Shown one piece after another: positions 55,649 through 64,000 of a stretch of 64,000 nucleotides of DNA. The notes beneath the pieces are model-generated. The model was given only the letters and a program-made list of their open reading frames with translations, did no database searches and was not told the origin of the DNA. The stretch's first letter is position 1. The number at the start of each line of letters is the position of its first letter. Origin of the DNA: Flavobacteriales bacterium. Its GTDB lineage: Bacteria > Bacteroidota > Bacteroidia > Flavobacteriales_F > PHOS-HE28. The stretch is taken from the NCBI GenBank assembly GCA_019638115.1, contig JAHBUK010000002.1, positions 5,867 through 69,866 of the forward strand. The letters run 5' to 3'. A program made the position numbers and the translations under genes.

Positions 55649-56629
55649 TCACTCTTTCACCACACGCTTGGTAAGGGGCTGGCCGTTGGCGAAGAGGCAC
55701 ACGAAGTATTGTCCTGCGGCCCAGTCGTTGGTCGGGAGCTCCAACTGGTGCTTTCCGTGCTGGGTGCCGAGGGTTTGTTCGACCATCACGCGGCCTTTGG
55801 TGTCCACCACTTTCAGCGCCATGTTGGCGGCTTCCTGAACGGCGTACTGAACGGTAAGGAATTCGCTGACGGGGTTGCCGTTCAGCAGGGTCATCTGCAG
55901 GCCGTTGATCCAGGAGTTCTCACCCACGTTCACCGAGCTGGGGGTGAAGATCGGGCCGGCCACGAAGTCGATGTTACCATCACCGTCAATGGCTGCCTTC
56001 AGGGTAACCCAGCTGGGGCCGAGGCGGATCCAGCTGTAGTCGTCGAGTTCCACGTAACCGGAGGCCGTTGCAGCCAGGTTCACGGAATCGCCTGCAGCAA
56101 CCCCCGTGATGTTGTAGCCCACTGCGAAGGTGGAGGGCACCCAGGTGGGGGTGAAGTCGGCATAGGTGAACTCCTCCTCATCGATGGTGGAGATCGCGAT
56201 GTCTTGGAACGCCAGCACGGTGTTGGGGCTTGTTTGGCCGGTGCCGGCGCTGGTGGTGCCAGTGGTGCCGTTCATGCGGTACAAACGGGCCTTTACATGC
56301 GAAGCCGGGTTGCCGGACCCATACACGGCCTGGGCGATCCAGAGCACCATGCCATCAACCGTGGCACCAAGCCCGAAGAGTTCGAACTGTTGTGCGAAAT
56401 CCGTGGTGGGGTATTCGCTCGTTCCCATCAACATGCCGCCGGCAGGGGTGGTATAGATGGCGATCTGCTGATCATTGAAGGCGTTCTCCACGCCAAGTGT
56501 GAAAATGGTGTCCGTACCGCGTGCGAACATGGGCGCACCGTCGAGCAGGTCCATGCTGCCGATCTGCAATTGTGCGCTGGCCAGCTGGGCTGCGGCCAAG
56601 GTCATGGAAAGGAGTACTGCTTTTCTCAT
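55649..56629 (-). CDS. hypothetical T9SS C-terminal target domain protein
   Basis: It has the signal MRKAVLLSMTLAAAQLASAQ. The C-terminus GQYFVCLFANGQPLTKRVVKE is a T9SS CTD. Confidence 0.6.
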   Translation of the reverse strand: MRKAVLLSMTLAAAQLASAQLQIGSMDLLDGAPMFARGTDTIFTLGVENAFNDQQIAIYTTPAGGMLMGTSEYPTTDFAQQFELFGLGATVDGMVLWIAQAVYGSGNPASHVKARLYRMNGTTGTTSAGTGQTSPNTVLAFQDIAISTIDEEEFTYADFTPTWVPSTFAVGYNITGVAAGDSVNLAATASGYVELDDYSWIRLGPSWVTLKAAIDGDGNIDFVAGPIFTPSSVNVGENSWINGLQMTLLNGNPVSEFLTVQYAVQEAANMALKVVDTKGRVMVEQTLGTQHGKHQLELPTNDWAAGQYFVCLFANGQPLTKRVVKE

Positions 56630-56720
56630 TGATCAAAAGGGTTGTTGGGTTCCTGGGTTGTTTGCAAGGTGCCCCAAGATCGGAAAAGAAGTGCACGGTT
56701 CATCACGGGACGGACACCAA

Positions 56721-56748
56721 CGCAAAAGGCCCCGTTGCCGGGGCCTTG
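56721..56748 (-). terminator. Rho-independent terminator after rplS (stem aaggccccg/cggggcctt, loop GCAA, then TTTTGCG)
   Basis: It was seen directly on the minus strand. Confidence 0.55.
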
Positions 56749-56769
56749 AATGCGAATGGTAGGGGAGCC

Positions 56770-57132
56770 TTACTTGGCTGCCACAGGTTGGCGCTTTTCC
56801 TGGATGCGGGCGCTCTTACCGCGACGTTCGCGCAGGTAGAAGATACGGGCACGACGGACCTGGCCACGCTTGTTCACATCGATCTTCTCGATGAAGGGGG
56901 AGGCCACGGGGAAGATCCGCTCCACGCCAACGTTGTTGCTGATCTTGCGAACGGTGAAGGTGGCGGTGCTGCCCGAACCTTTGCGCTGGATAACCACGCC
57001 TTGGTACTGCTGAACGCGTTCCTTGTTGCCTTCCTTGATCATGTAGTGGACCGTTACGGTGTCACCAGCGCTGAATTCAGGAAGCTCCTTCAGCGGCGCG
57101 TATTCTTTCTCGAGTTGCTTGATGCGATCCAT
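56770..57132 (-). CDS. rplS: 50S ribosomal protein L19
   Basis: It reads [11 protein letters not shown]...[10 protein letters not shown]...ERIFPVASP. Confidence 0.9.
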   Translation of the reverse strand: MDRIKQLEKEYAPLKELPEFSAGDTVTVHYMIKEGNKERVQQYQGVVIQRKGSGSTATFTVRKISNNVGVERIFPVASPFIEKIDVNKRGQVRRARIFYLRERRGKSARIQEKRQPVAAK

Positions 57133-57220
57133 GACGTGTGTCGTGTTCTACGGAACCCAGCGCCCCAAGCCGATCAAGGGGATTCGGTTCCGCGTTCGGG
57201 GGCGCAAACGTAAGAAATGT

Positions 57221-57928
57221 TCAGCGATCCGTTGCATCGCCCTCATTACCACCGCCTTGGAGCAGTTCCGGCCGGCGTTGCCGGGTGCGCTCAAGTGCTT
57301 GCTCATGGCGCCAGGCATCGATCTTTCCTTCATGGCCGGAGAGCAGCACTTCGGGCACCTGCCAACCCTGGTAGTCGGCCGGGCGGGTGTACGCCGGGGG
57401 GGCCACCAATCCGTCCTGGAAACTGTCGCTCAGCGCCGAGGTGGCATCGCCCAGCACGCCCGGTATCAACCGGATAAGGGCATCACTGACCACGGCGGCT
57501 GCCAGTTCACCCCCGCTCAGTACATAGTTGCCGATGCTGACCTCGCGGGTCACCAAGTGCTGCCGGATCCGCTCGTCGATGCCCTTGTAATGCCCACAAA
57601 GGAGGATGAGGTTGGTGCGCGTGCTCAGGGTGTTGGCCAATTCCTGGCCCAGTAGTTCACCGTCGGGGCTCATGTAGATCACCTCATCATAGCTGCGCTG
57701 GCCCTTCAGCTCGGTGATCGCCCGGTGCACGGGTTCAAGGGTCATGACCATACCAGCACCGCCACCATAAGGATAGTCGTCCACCCGGCGGTGCTTGTCC
57801 GTGCTCCACTGCCGCAGGTCGTGTACATGCACTTCAGCCAGCCCTTTGGTCTGTGCGCGTTGCAAAATGCTCTCCCCGAACCAGCTATCGAGCAGGCGGG
57901 GTACGGCGGAAAGGATGTCGATACGCAT
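57221..57928 (-). CDS. trmD: tRNA (guanine37-N1)-methyltransferase
   Basis: It has [22 protein letters not shown] and [11 protein letters not shown]. It follows the canonical trmD-rplS gene order. Confidence 0.85.
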   Translation of the reverse strand: MRIDILSAVPRLLDSWFGESILQRAQTKGLAEVHVHDLRQWSTDKHRRVDDYPYGGGAGMVMTLEPVHRAITELKGQRSYDEVIYMSPDGELLGQELANTLSTRTNLILLCGHYKGIDERIRQHLVTREVSIGNYVLSGGELAAAVVSDALIRLIPGVLGDATSALSDSFQDGLVAPPAYTRPADYQGWQVPEVLLSGHEGKIDAWRHEQALERTRQRRPELLQGGGNEGDATDR

Positions 57929-58071
57929 GGTGCCGGGCCGTTGAAGGCGCGAAGTTCCTCTTTCCCGGGCACTGCGCAAGCGCCGGTGTGACGGCCTTTT
58001 GCTTCGCTCCGGCAGGCTTTTTCTACCTTCGGCATGTCTGTTGCAAAGGCGGCACACCCAAGTTGAAGACC

Positions 58072-58797
58072 ATGAGATACCTGTCGATCCTCGCTTTCCT
58101 GTTCCTTCATTTCACGGCCTCCCACGCACAGAAGGGAGTTTATGAGGACCTGTTGGTGCTCTACGTGGATGAGAAATATGAGAAGTGCATTGCCAAGGCG
58201 GAGGCCTACACCGAAGCGGAAGCCACCAAACGGGATGCGTTGCCCTTTCTCTACGTGAGCATGTGCTACCACGAGATGGCCAAGCAGGAAAAGTACAAGG
58301 ACGATTACCCCAAGGCCTCCCGCGATGCCCTGAAATGGGCCGAGAAGTACCGCCGCAAGGACAAGGACCTGGAGTTCTTCCACAACTACGAGGACTATTG
58401 GATGTCCCTGAACACGCAGGCCATGGAAGAAGGGGAGAACTTGATGGACGACCCCAAAGGCTTGAGCCGCGCACGCCAGGTGTGGACGAGCATGATCAAG
58501 TACTACCCCGAGAACCCGGGCCCTTGGTTGATGCTGGCCATCACCCAATACAACTCCAACCTGGCCAAGGATGGTGACCTCAGCGTGAAGGAGTTCGACA
58601 AGGCCTTCGCCGCAGCGGGTGACATTGCCCGCTTGCCGGCCGACCAGCGCAAACTGCTGAAGAACGCGTTGATCCGCTACGCCGATTTCCTGGCGGCCAA
58701 GGGCATGAAGGACCAGGCACGCAAGTACATCGCGCTGGGTAAGAACGACTTCATGGGTGAACCGGATTTCAAGGGCGCGTACAATTCGCTGCACTGA
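58072..58797 (+). CDS. hypothetical secreted protein
   Basis: It has the signal [20 protein letters not shown] and a K/E-rich helical composition. Confidence 0.5.
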   Translation: MRYLSILAFLFLHFTASHAQKGVYEDLLVLYVDEKYEKCIAKAEAYTEAEATKRDALPFLYVSMCYHEMAKQEKYKDDYPKASRDALKWAEKYRRKDKDLEFFHNYEDYWMSLNTQAMEEGENLMDDPKGLSRARQVWTSMIKYYPENPGPWLMLAITQYNSNLAKDGDLSVKEFDKAFAAAGDIARLPADQRKLLKNALIRYADFLAAKGMKDQARKYIALGKNDFMGEPDFKGAYNSLH

Positions 58798-58823
58798 TCG
58801 GTACACGCACCAACAAGCATCGG

Positions 58824-58851
58824 ACGGGCCTCAAAAGGCCCGTTCCTTTTT
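58824..58851. terminator. bidirectional Rho-independent terminator between convergent genes (acgggcc tcaaaa ggcccgt + TCCTTTTTCC)
   Basis: It was seen directly. Confidence 0.55.
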
Positions 58852-58908
58852 CCGGTCAGTCGCGTTCGGCCTCGGTCCTGCTTCGGTTCGGCGGTCCTAC
58901 ACAAGCGC

Positions 58909-61197
58909 TCAGCTCCTGTCGCGGGGCAGGTAGCGCAGCACCAGTACAGGCAGCAACAGCAGGTCTGCCACCAGTGCCATGAAGAGCGTGATGCTCACCA
59001 GCAGGCCCATGTGGAACACGCTGGCGAAATCGGAGAAGACCAGGGAGATGAAGCCGCTGAGCAGCATCACACTGGTGATCAGCAAGGCCTTGCCGGCTGA
59101 TAGGAAGGAACGTTTCATGGCATAGGGGAGGCTGCGTCCTTTCATCAATTCGATGCGCAGCTTGCCCAGCATGTGGATGGTGTCGTCCACCGCGATGCCG
59201 AAGGCGATGGTGAAGATGATCGCCGTGCTCACCTTGATGTCGATGCCCACCATGCCCATGATGCCCCCCACAAAGATCAATGGCACCACGTTCGGCACCA
59301 ATGCGATCAGGGTCATCCGCCAGCTCCTGAAAACCCAGGCCATAAGCAGGGCGATGAGCACGAACGCGATGGAAAGGCCCCCGATCAACTGGCTGCTGAG
59401 CTTGGCATTGCTGCGATCGATCAAATAGGCCATGCCCGTTTGCTGGAAATCCAAGGGGACATCATGCTCCACTTCCGCGAGGAAGACATCAAGCACCAGG
59501 TTGCGTTTGCCATGCACATGGCCGCCCTCATCGAGCATGCGCCCGCTCAATCGTGCATGGCGCCCATCGGCGGTTATCACCGTGTTCAGCGCATCCTTTC
59601 CGGCCAGCACAGTGGCGCGTTTGGCAAGGCGCCGCGCATCCGCTTCGTCATCCGGCAGTCTGTAGAACGCCTCACTACCGCCGTTGAAGGCTTTGTTCAG
59701 GGCTTTCATCACTGTTACCGGGCTGATAACGGCTTGCACTCCCTGCACCTGCTCCAGGTGTTGTTGCACCTGTTCCATCACCTGCAGGTTGGGCAGGTCC
59801 CACAGCGAGCCACTGTCGCTGGTGAGGCGCACCTCCATCTCGTACGGCCGTACCCCGCCGAAATGCGCCTCGAACCAGTAGTACTCCTGCTTCTGCGGAT
59901 CGTCCTCCGGCCAGTCCTCCAGCAGGTAGTTGTCCACCTTCAGCCTGCTTATGAACACGCTGCTTACCAGGGCGAGCACTAGGAAGGCATAGGGGATCAT
60001 GCGGCGTTTGCGCAGAACCGTGCGATATAGGCCGTGCAACAAGGGATGCCAGAAAGAGGCCGTGTGGGCGACCTGTGCCTGCACCGGCGTGGCCACAAGC
60101 AGCAAAACCGCTGGCAGCAGGGTGAAGGAAAGTCCGAAGGCCATGAACACCCCGGCCGCGGTTACCACACCGAACTCACGCACCGGACCGATCCCGCTGG
60201 TGAGCAGCGTGGCGAAGCCGATGGCCGTGGTGAGCGAGGTGAGGAAGGTGGCCAGCCCCACCTCGTGGTAACTGATGGCGAGCGCGCGCGACTTGGTGTG
60301 CCCGTTGCGCAGCGCTTCTATGTAGCGTTCCAGAATGTGCACCACATCGCTCATGCCCACCACGAAAAGGATGGTGGGCAGCAGCATGGTGAGGATGCCA
60401 AGCGGTTTGCCCACCAGAGTCATGGCGCCCACCTGCCACAGTACGGTGAGGCCCACCACACCGATCGGTACCAGCACGCCCCACAGGGTGCGGAAGCCCA
60501 CCGCCAGGAACACGGCGAGCAGCGCCACGGAGAGGGAGAAGAAGAGCACCAATTCGTACTGCATCTTCTGGATGTACCAGTATTGCCCGTGGATGCGGCC
60601 ACCCATGCGCACACGCTCCAGGCCGCTGTTGGAAACGGCTTGGTCCACGGCGAGCATCAGGGCATCGCTGCGCTCCTTGCTCAGGCCTTGTTCGGTTTGC
60701 ATGATCATCAGCACGGCCTTGCCTTCCTTGTCGAAGAAGGTGTTGCGCACGCGCTCATCCTGCCAGATCCGGGCGGAATCCGGCGCAAGGGTGCTATCCG
60801 CATCGAGCCGCAGCCATGGCACTTGGAAAACACCCACCGGGGTGATGCGCGGATCCGACAGGCTGGTGGGGCTCGTCACGGAATTCACGTCGGGCACCGT
60901 GCGCAGGCGCTCGGCAAGGCTGTCGAAGGCGGTGAGGAATTCGCGCTGGAACACGCCCTGGGGGCGTTCGGCGGCGATGAGCAGGAAGTCGTTGTCGTTG
61001 CCGAAACGCTCGCGGAACTCCAGGTAGCGGTCCAGTTCCGGGTCGTCGGTGGGGAAGAAGCGCTCGAAATCATGGTCGAGCTTCACATTGCGCAAAGCGA
61101 TGGCGAACACCACGGTGAGCAGGCCCAGTAGGAACAGGGTAAGGCGTGCGTTGCGCGGTGTCAGGTAGCGTTCAATTCGGGGTATGCGCGGGTCCAT
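58909..61197 (-). CDS. MMPL/RND superfamily exporter
   Basis: It has two 6-TM bundles separated by large periplasmic loops. This is the typical MMPL domain organisation. Confidence 0.8.
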   Translation of the reverse strand: MDPRIPRIERYLTPRNARLTLFLLGLLTVVFAIALRNVKLDHDFERFFPTDDPELDRYLEFRERFGNDNDFLLIAAERPQGVFQREFLTAFDSLAERLRTVPDVNSVTSPTSLSDPRITPVGVFQVPWLRLDADSTLAPDSARIWQDERVRNTFFDKEGKAVLMIMQTEQGLSKERSDALMLAVDQAVSNSGLERVRMGGRIHGQYWYIQKMQYELVLFFSLSVALLAVFLAVGFRTLWGVLVPIGVVGLTVLWQVGAMTLVGKPLGILTMLLPTILFVVGMSDVVHILERYIEALRNGHTKSRALAISYHEVGLATFLTSLTTAIGFATLLTSGIGPVREFGVVTAAGVFMAFGLSFTLLPAVLLLVATPVQAQVAHTASFWHPLLHGLYRTVLRKRRMIPYAFLVLALVSSVFISRLKVDNYLLEDWPEDDPQKQEYYWFEAHFGGVRPYEMEVRLTSDSGSLWDLPNLQVMEQVQQHLEQVQGVQAVISPVTVMKALNKAFNGGSEAFYRLPDDEADARRLAKRATVLAGKDALNTVITADGRHARLSGRMLDEGGHVHGKRNLVLDVFLAEVEHDVPLDFQQTGMAYLIDRSNAKLSSQLIGGLSIAFVLIALLMAWVFRSWRMTLIALVPNVVPLIFVGGIMGMVGIDIKVSTAIIFTIAFGIAVDDTIHMLGKLRIELMKGRSLPYAMKRSFLSAGKALLITSVMLLSGFISLVFSDFASVFHMGLLVSITLFMALVADLLLLPVLVLRYLPRDRS

Positions 61198-61271
61198 CAA
61201 CAAACGATGTTGGATGCAGGTGGGCAAAGGTGGGGCAGGAGGGCCATGGCGCGGTCTAACTTTGTCCGCCG

Positions 61272-63416
61272 ATGAGCAGTATGTGGAGCAGGATCGGGCT
61301 GGCGTTCATATTCGTGCTGGTTGTGCAGCCCGCACTGGCAGGGCGCCTCGAAAAGGCGTTCCAAGCCTTGGAGATCCACGATTATTTCAAGGCACGGGAG
61401 CTTTTCCGCAAGGAGGTGAAACGGCAGCCGGCCGCTGCGTGGTACGGCCTCAGCGTCATCAGCGGGCGCGACAACAACCCTTTCTTCGACCTGGATTCCG
61501 CCTACGCCTACATCCTCCGTTCGGATGAAGCGTTCACCCTCACCACCGCCAAACAACGCACTGCATTGGTGAAGGTGGGTGTGGACAACGATGCCATCAT
61601 CAGCCAGTTGGGGCACGTTACCGGTTTGGCCTGGCAGGTGGCCAAGAGCCAGCACACCATTGCGGCTTACGATCGCTACATCAGCACCTTCAAGCGCAGT
61701 GCTTGGCTTGCCGACGCCACCTTGGTGCGCGATCACCTGGCCTTCCAGGAAGCGCGCGAAGCCAATACCGCTGCGGCCTACGCGCACTTCATGGAGCAGT
61801 ACCCCGGAGCACGTGATGTGTACGAGGCCCGCAGCCGCATGCAGGAAGCCTTGTACAGGGAGGCCACGCTCAGCAAGGAACTGGGGGCCTACTTGGCATT
61901 CATCAGGGAGCATCCGCAAAGCCCTTACGTGCGGCAGGCGGAAGAAGAGGTGTACCTGCTGAGCACGCCCGGAAGAACAGCCAAGGAGTATCGGAAGTTC
62001 ATTCAGGAGCATCCCACCAACCACCGTGTGCCGGACGCCTGGCGAAGCCTCTATGAGATCAGTACCCGCGACCTGAGCGTGGGTACCATCACCAAGTTCT
62101 TGCAGGAGTTCCCGGATTACCCCTTCGTGGAGGAACTGGTGGACGATTACAAGACCGCCAACCTGGTCATGCTGCCATTCCGGCGTGATGGGGCTTGGGG
62201 TTTCATGGACGACCAAGGCAACGAGCGGATCAAGGCCGAATACGAATTCGTGGAGCTTTTTGAAGGAGCGCAGGCCGTGGTGGGCCTTGGTGGACGCATA
62301 GGTACCATAAATCGCATGGGCCGCGTGGTGGTACCGATCGAGTATGACGAAGTAATGGATGCCGTGGAGGGCACCAGCACCGTGGAGCGCAATGGCAAAG
62401 TGGGTGCGGTGGACCGGAACGGGGAGTTGGTGGTGCCCATGGTCTACGAAGATGTGGGGGAGTTCTCCCAAGGGCTGGCCTTTGCCAAGCAGGACGGGCG
62501 CTATGGCTACATCAATGCGCGTGGAGATGTGATCATCCCCGCAAGCTTCGGTTCCGCTGGTACGTTCAGCAACGGCTTGGCCGTGATCGGTGAAGAAGGG
62601 CGCTATGGCGTGATCGATATGAAGGGCGATCTGGTGGTGCCGCCCAAGTACGAGTGGGTGGAGGGCTTCCGATCGGGGATCTCACGCGTGCGCATCAACG
62701 GCTTGATGGGCTTGCTCAGTCCCTTCGGTGATGAGATCACACCCGCCAAGTACGATCACATCGGCCCATTCGTGGATGGCCTGGCACTGGTGGTGGAAGG
62801 AAAGCGCTGCGGGTACATGGACATCACGGGCAAATTGGTGATCCCCATGGAGTACGAGTCGGGGCCGGGCGTGGTGGATCGGGGTGATCTGGTGAACGGT
62901 CGTGCACGGGTGCAAGCCCAAGGCAAGCGCTGCCTGATCGATCGGAACAACAGCCGCATACTGCCCTGCCAGTTCGCCGAGATCGGTGATCCGCAAGGCC
63001 CCTTGGTGCCGGTGCGCAAGAAGACCAAGTGGGGCTATGCCGATCGCAAGGGCAACGTGCTCTTCGAGAACCGCTACGATGCCGCCTGGGGCATGGTGGA
63101 AGGTCTGGCGCGCGTATCGAACGGCGGGCTGTTCGGTGCCTTGGACAGCACCGGTAAGGAGGTGGTGCCAGTGCGCTACAACGAGCTTGCTGACGTTCGA
63201 ATGGGTCACTTGGTGGCCAGCAACGAACAAGGCACCGGCCTGCTGGACAGCAAAGGGAAAGTGGTGGTGGCCCTGGTGTATGATGCCGTGGAAGCCATAA
63301 GCCCGACCATTGCACGGGTGGAACTCAACGAGCGCTTCGCGTATGTGCGGCTGAGCGACGGCCGCTTCATCTGGAAGGAGGAAGGGTTCGACGGAGGGCA
63401 GCCCTCAGCGGAGTAG
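61272..63416 (+). CDS. WG (KWG) repeat-containing secreted protein
   Basis: It has a signal peptide and many ...(K/R)(W/Y)G(F/Y)(I/M)D..G..V(I/V)P..Y... repeats in the C-terminal half. Confidence 0.75.
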   Translation: MSSMWSRIGLAFIFVLVVQPALAGRLEKAFQALEIHDYFKARELFRKEVKRQPAAAWYGLSVISGRDNNPFFDLDSAYAYILRSDEAFTLTTAKQRTALVKVGVDNDAIISQLGHVTGLAWQVAKSQHTIAAYDRYISTFKRSAWLADATLVRDHLAFQEAREANTAAAYAHFMEQYPGARDVYEARSRMQEALYREATLSKELGAYLAFIREHPQSPYVRQAEEEVYLLSTPGRTAKEYRKFIQEHPTNHRVPDAWRSLYEISTRDLSVGTITKFLQEFPDYPFVEELVDDYKTANLVMLPFRRDGAWGFMDDQGNERIKAEYEFVELFEGAQAVVGLGGRIGTINRMGRVVVPIEYDEVMDAVEGTSTVERNGKVGAVDRNGELVVPMVYEDVGEFSQGLAFAKQDGRYGYINARGDVIIPASFGSAGTFSNGLAVIGEEGRYGVIDMKGDLVVPPKYEWVEGFRSGISRVRINGLMGLLSPFGDEITPAKYDHIGPFVDGLALVVEGKRCGYMDITGKLVIPMEYESGPGVVDRGDLVNGRARVQAQGKRCLIDRNNSRILPCQFAEIGDPQGPLVPVRKKTKWGYADRKGNVLFENRYDAAWGMVEGLARVSNGGLFGALDSTGKEVVPVRYNELADVRMGHLVASNEQGTGLLDSKGKVVVALVYDAVEAISPTIARVELNERFAYVRLSDGRFIWKEEGFDGGQPSAE

Positions 63417-64000
63417 GGTAACGTGCCCCACGCGCCGTTCCCGGCGCACGTCCGCATTGTCCAACGTGCGGAATTCGAGCACCCACACGTACACCTCGTC
63501 CTGGGCCTCCTTGCCCTTCGCGCGTCCATCCCACGGTGCGTTCTGGTCGGTGCTTTCGTGAATGACCTCTCCCCAGCGATCGAAGATCGTCAAGCGGTAA
63601 TCGGCCACATCGGCACTGATGATCGGAAGGAACACATCGTTGATGCCATCACCATTGGGGGTGAAGGCGTTCGGAACATGCACTTCGGTACCGCATTCGC
63701 CGGGCAGGATCACAATGCTTCCCGTGGCTTCCACGCACTGTCCTGTGGCCACAACCGTGTAAGTGCCCGGTCGCTCCACGTTGAGCAGCGGTCCGGTGCC
63801 GCCCGTGCTCCACGTGTAGCTGGCGTTCGTGGGCAAGCCGGCATCCAACAGCAGCGTAGCACCCGGGCACAGGCTTGTGGTGGGCCCAAGGTCGATCAAC
63901 GTGATAACGGGCAGCACGTTGATGGAAACGGATGCGCTCGTGCTGCATCCTTGATCACTTAGGGTGACCGAATAAAGTCCGGTGCTGCCGACCGCTATGC
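63405..64000 (-). CDS. gliding motility-associated C-terminal domain (CHU_C / T9SS type B) protein, partial (N-terminus beyond window end)
   Basis: The C-terminal region PNAFTPNGDGINDVFLPI...YRLTIFDRWGEVI is the CHU_C signature. The ORF continues to the window edge. Confidence 0.7.
   Translation of the reverse strand, partial: IAVGSTGLYSVTLSDQGCSTSASVSINVLPVITLIDLGPTTSLCPGATLLLDAGLPTNASYTWSTGGTGPLLNVERPGTYTVVATGQCVEATGSIVILPGECGTEVHVPNAFTPNGDGINDVFLPIISADVADYRLTIFDRWGEVIHESTDQNAPWDGRAKGKEAQDEVYVWVLEFRTLDNADVRRERRVGHVTLLR

Overview
This window is a roughly 64%-GC bacterial chromosomal segment that I assign to Bacteroidota. The assignment rests on several Por/T9SS C-terminal sorting domains, an SprB repeat, a gliding-motility CHU_C-type C-terminal domain, a Rho with a long acidic and RQ-rich N-terminal insertion, and Bacteroidota-typical membrane DUFs. 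Most of the window is ordinary housekeeping. I call these genes: a partial TetR regulator; an M1 aminopeptidase; an AAA ATPase (Arch_ATPase/DUF234); an LtaS-like sulfatase with a YegS-type lipid kinase; a fused 2-oxoacid dehydrogenase E1 alpha/beta; an OmpA-like protein; yeiH; surE; lpxB; a SpoIID/LytB protein; rlmI; comEC; an SRAP (YedK-like) peptidase; an MBL hydrolase; mpl; rho; M28 and M1 peptidases that are T9SS cargo; an enoyl-CoA hydratase; a LytS/LytTR two-component pair; a TonB-dependent receptor; an SDR; an ECF sigma with its anti-sigma; a ~1100-aa beta-helix T9SS protein; a fasciclin protein; a truncated hemoglobin; a Kazal inhibitor; a MazF-type TA pair; pirin; an orphan C5 DNA methyltransferase; xerD; the rplS-trmD pair; an MMPL transporter; and a WG-repeat protein. 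The three anomalies that stand out are listed here. (1) There is a family of composite palindromic repeat elements, built as tandem 7-9-mers, a palindromic core, then inverted tandem repeats. One copy is inserted in-frame inside lpxB. A related hairpin sits in-frame in the alpha/beta linker of the E1 gene. A second hairpin family is present in three copies flanking the ATPase gene. (2) Two small insertion islets are each bounded by a duplication of the 3' end of a host gene, the E1 gene and yeiH. (3) The first islet carries a sharply AT-rich (~40% GC), clearly foreign gene next to a small 2-TM protein. The foreign gene encodes a standalone class-III nucleotidyl-cyclase-like (adenylate-cyclase/GGDEF palm) protein with both metal-binding Asp residues but a substituted Asn/Arg pair. 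This is my best candidate for a compact, undescribed cyclic-nucleotide signalling or defence-like cassette. I saw no rRNA, tRNA or CRISPR array.
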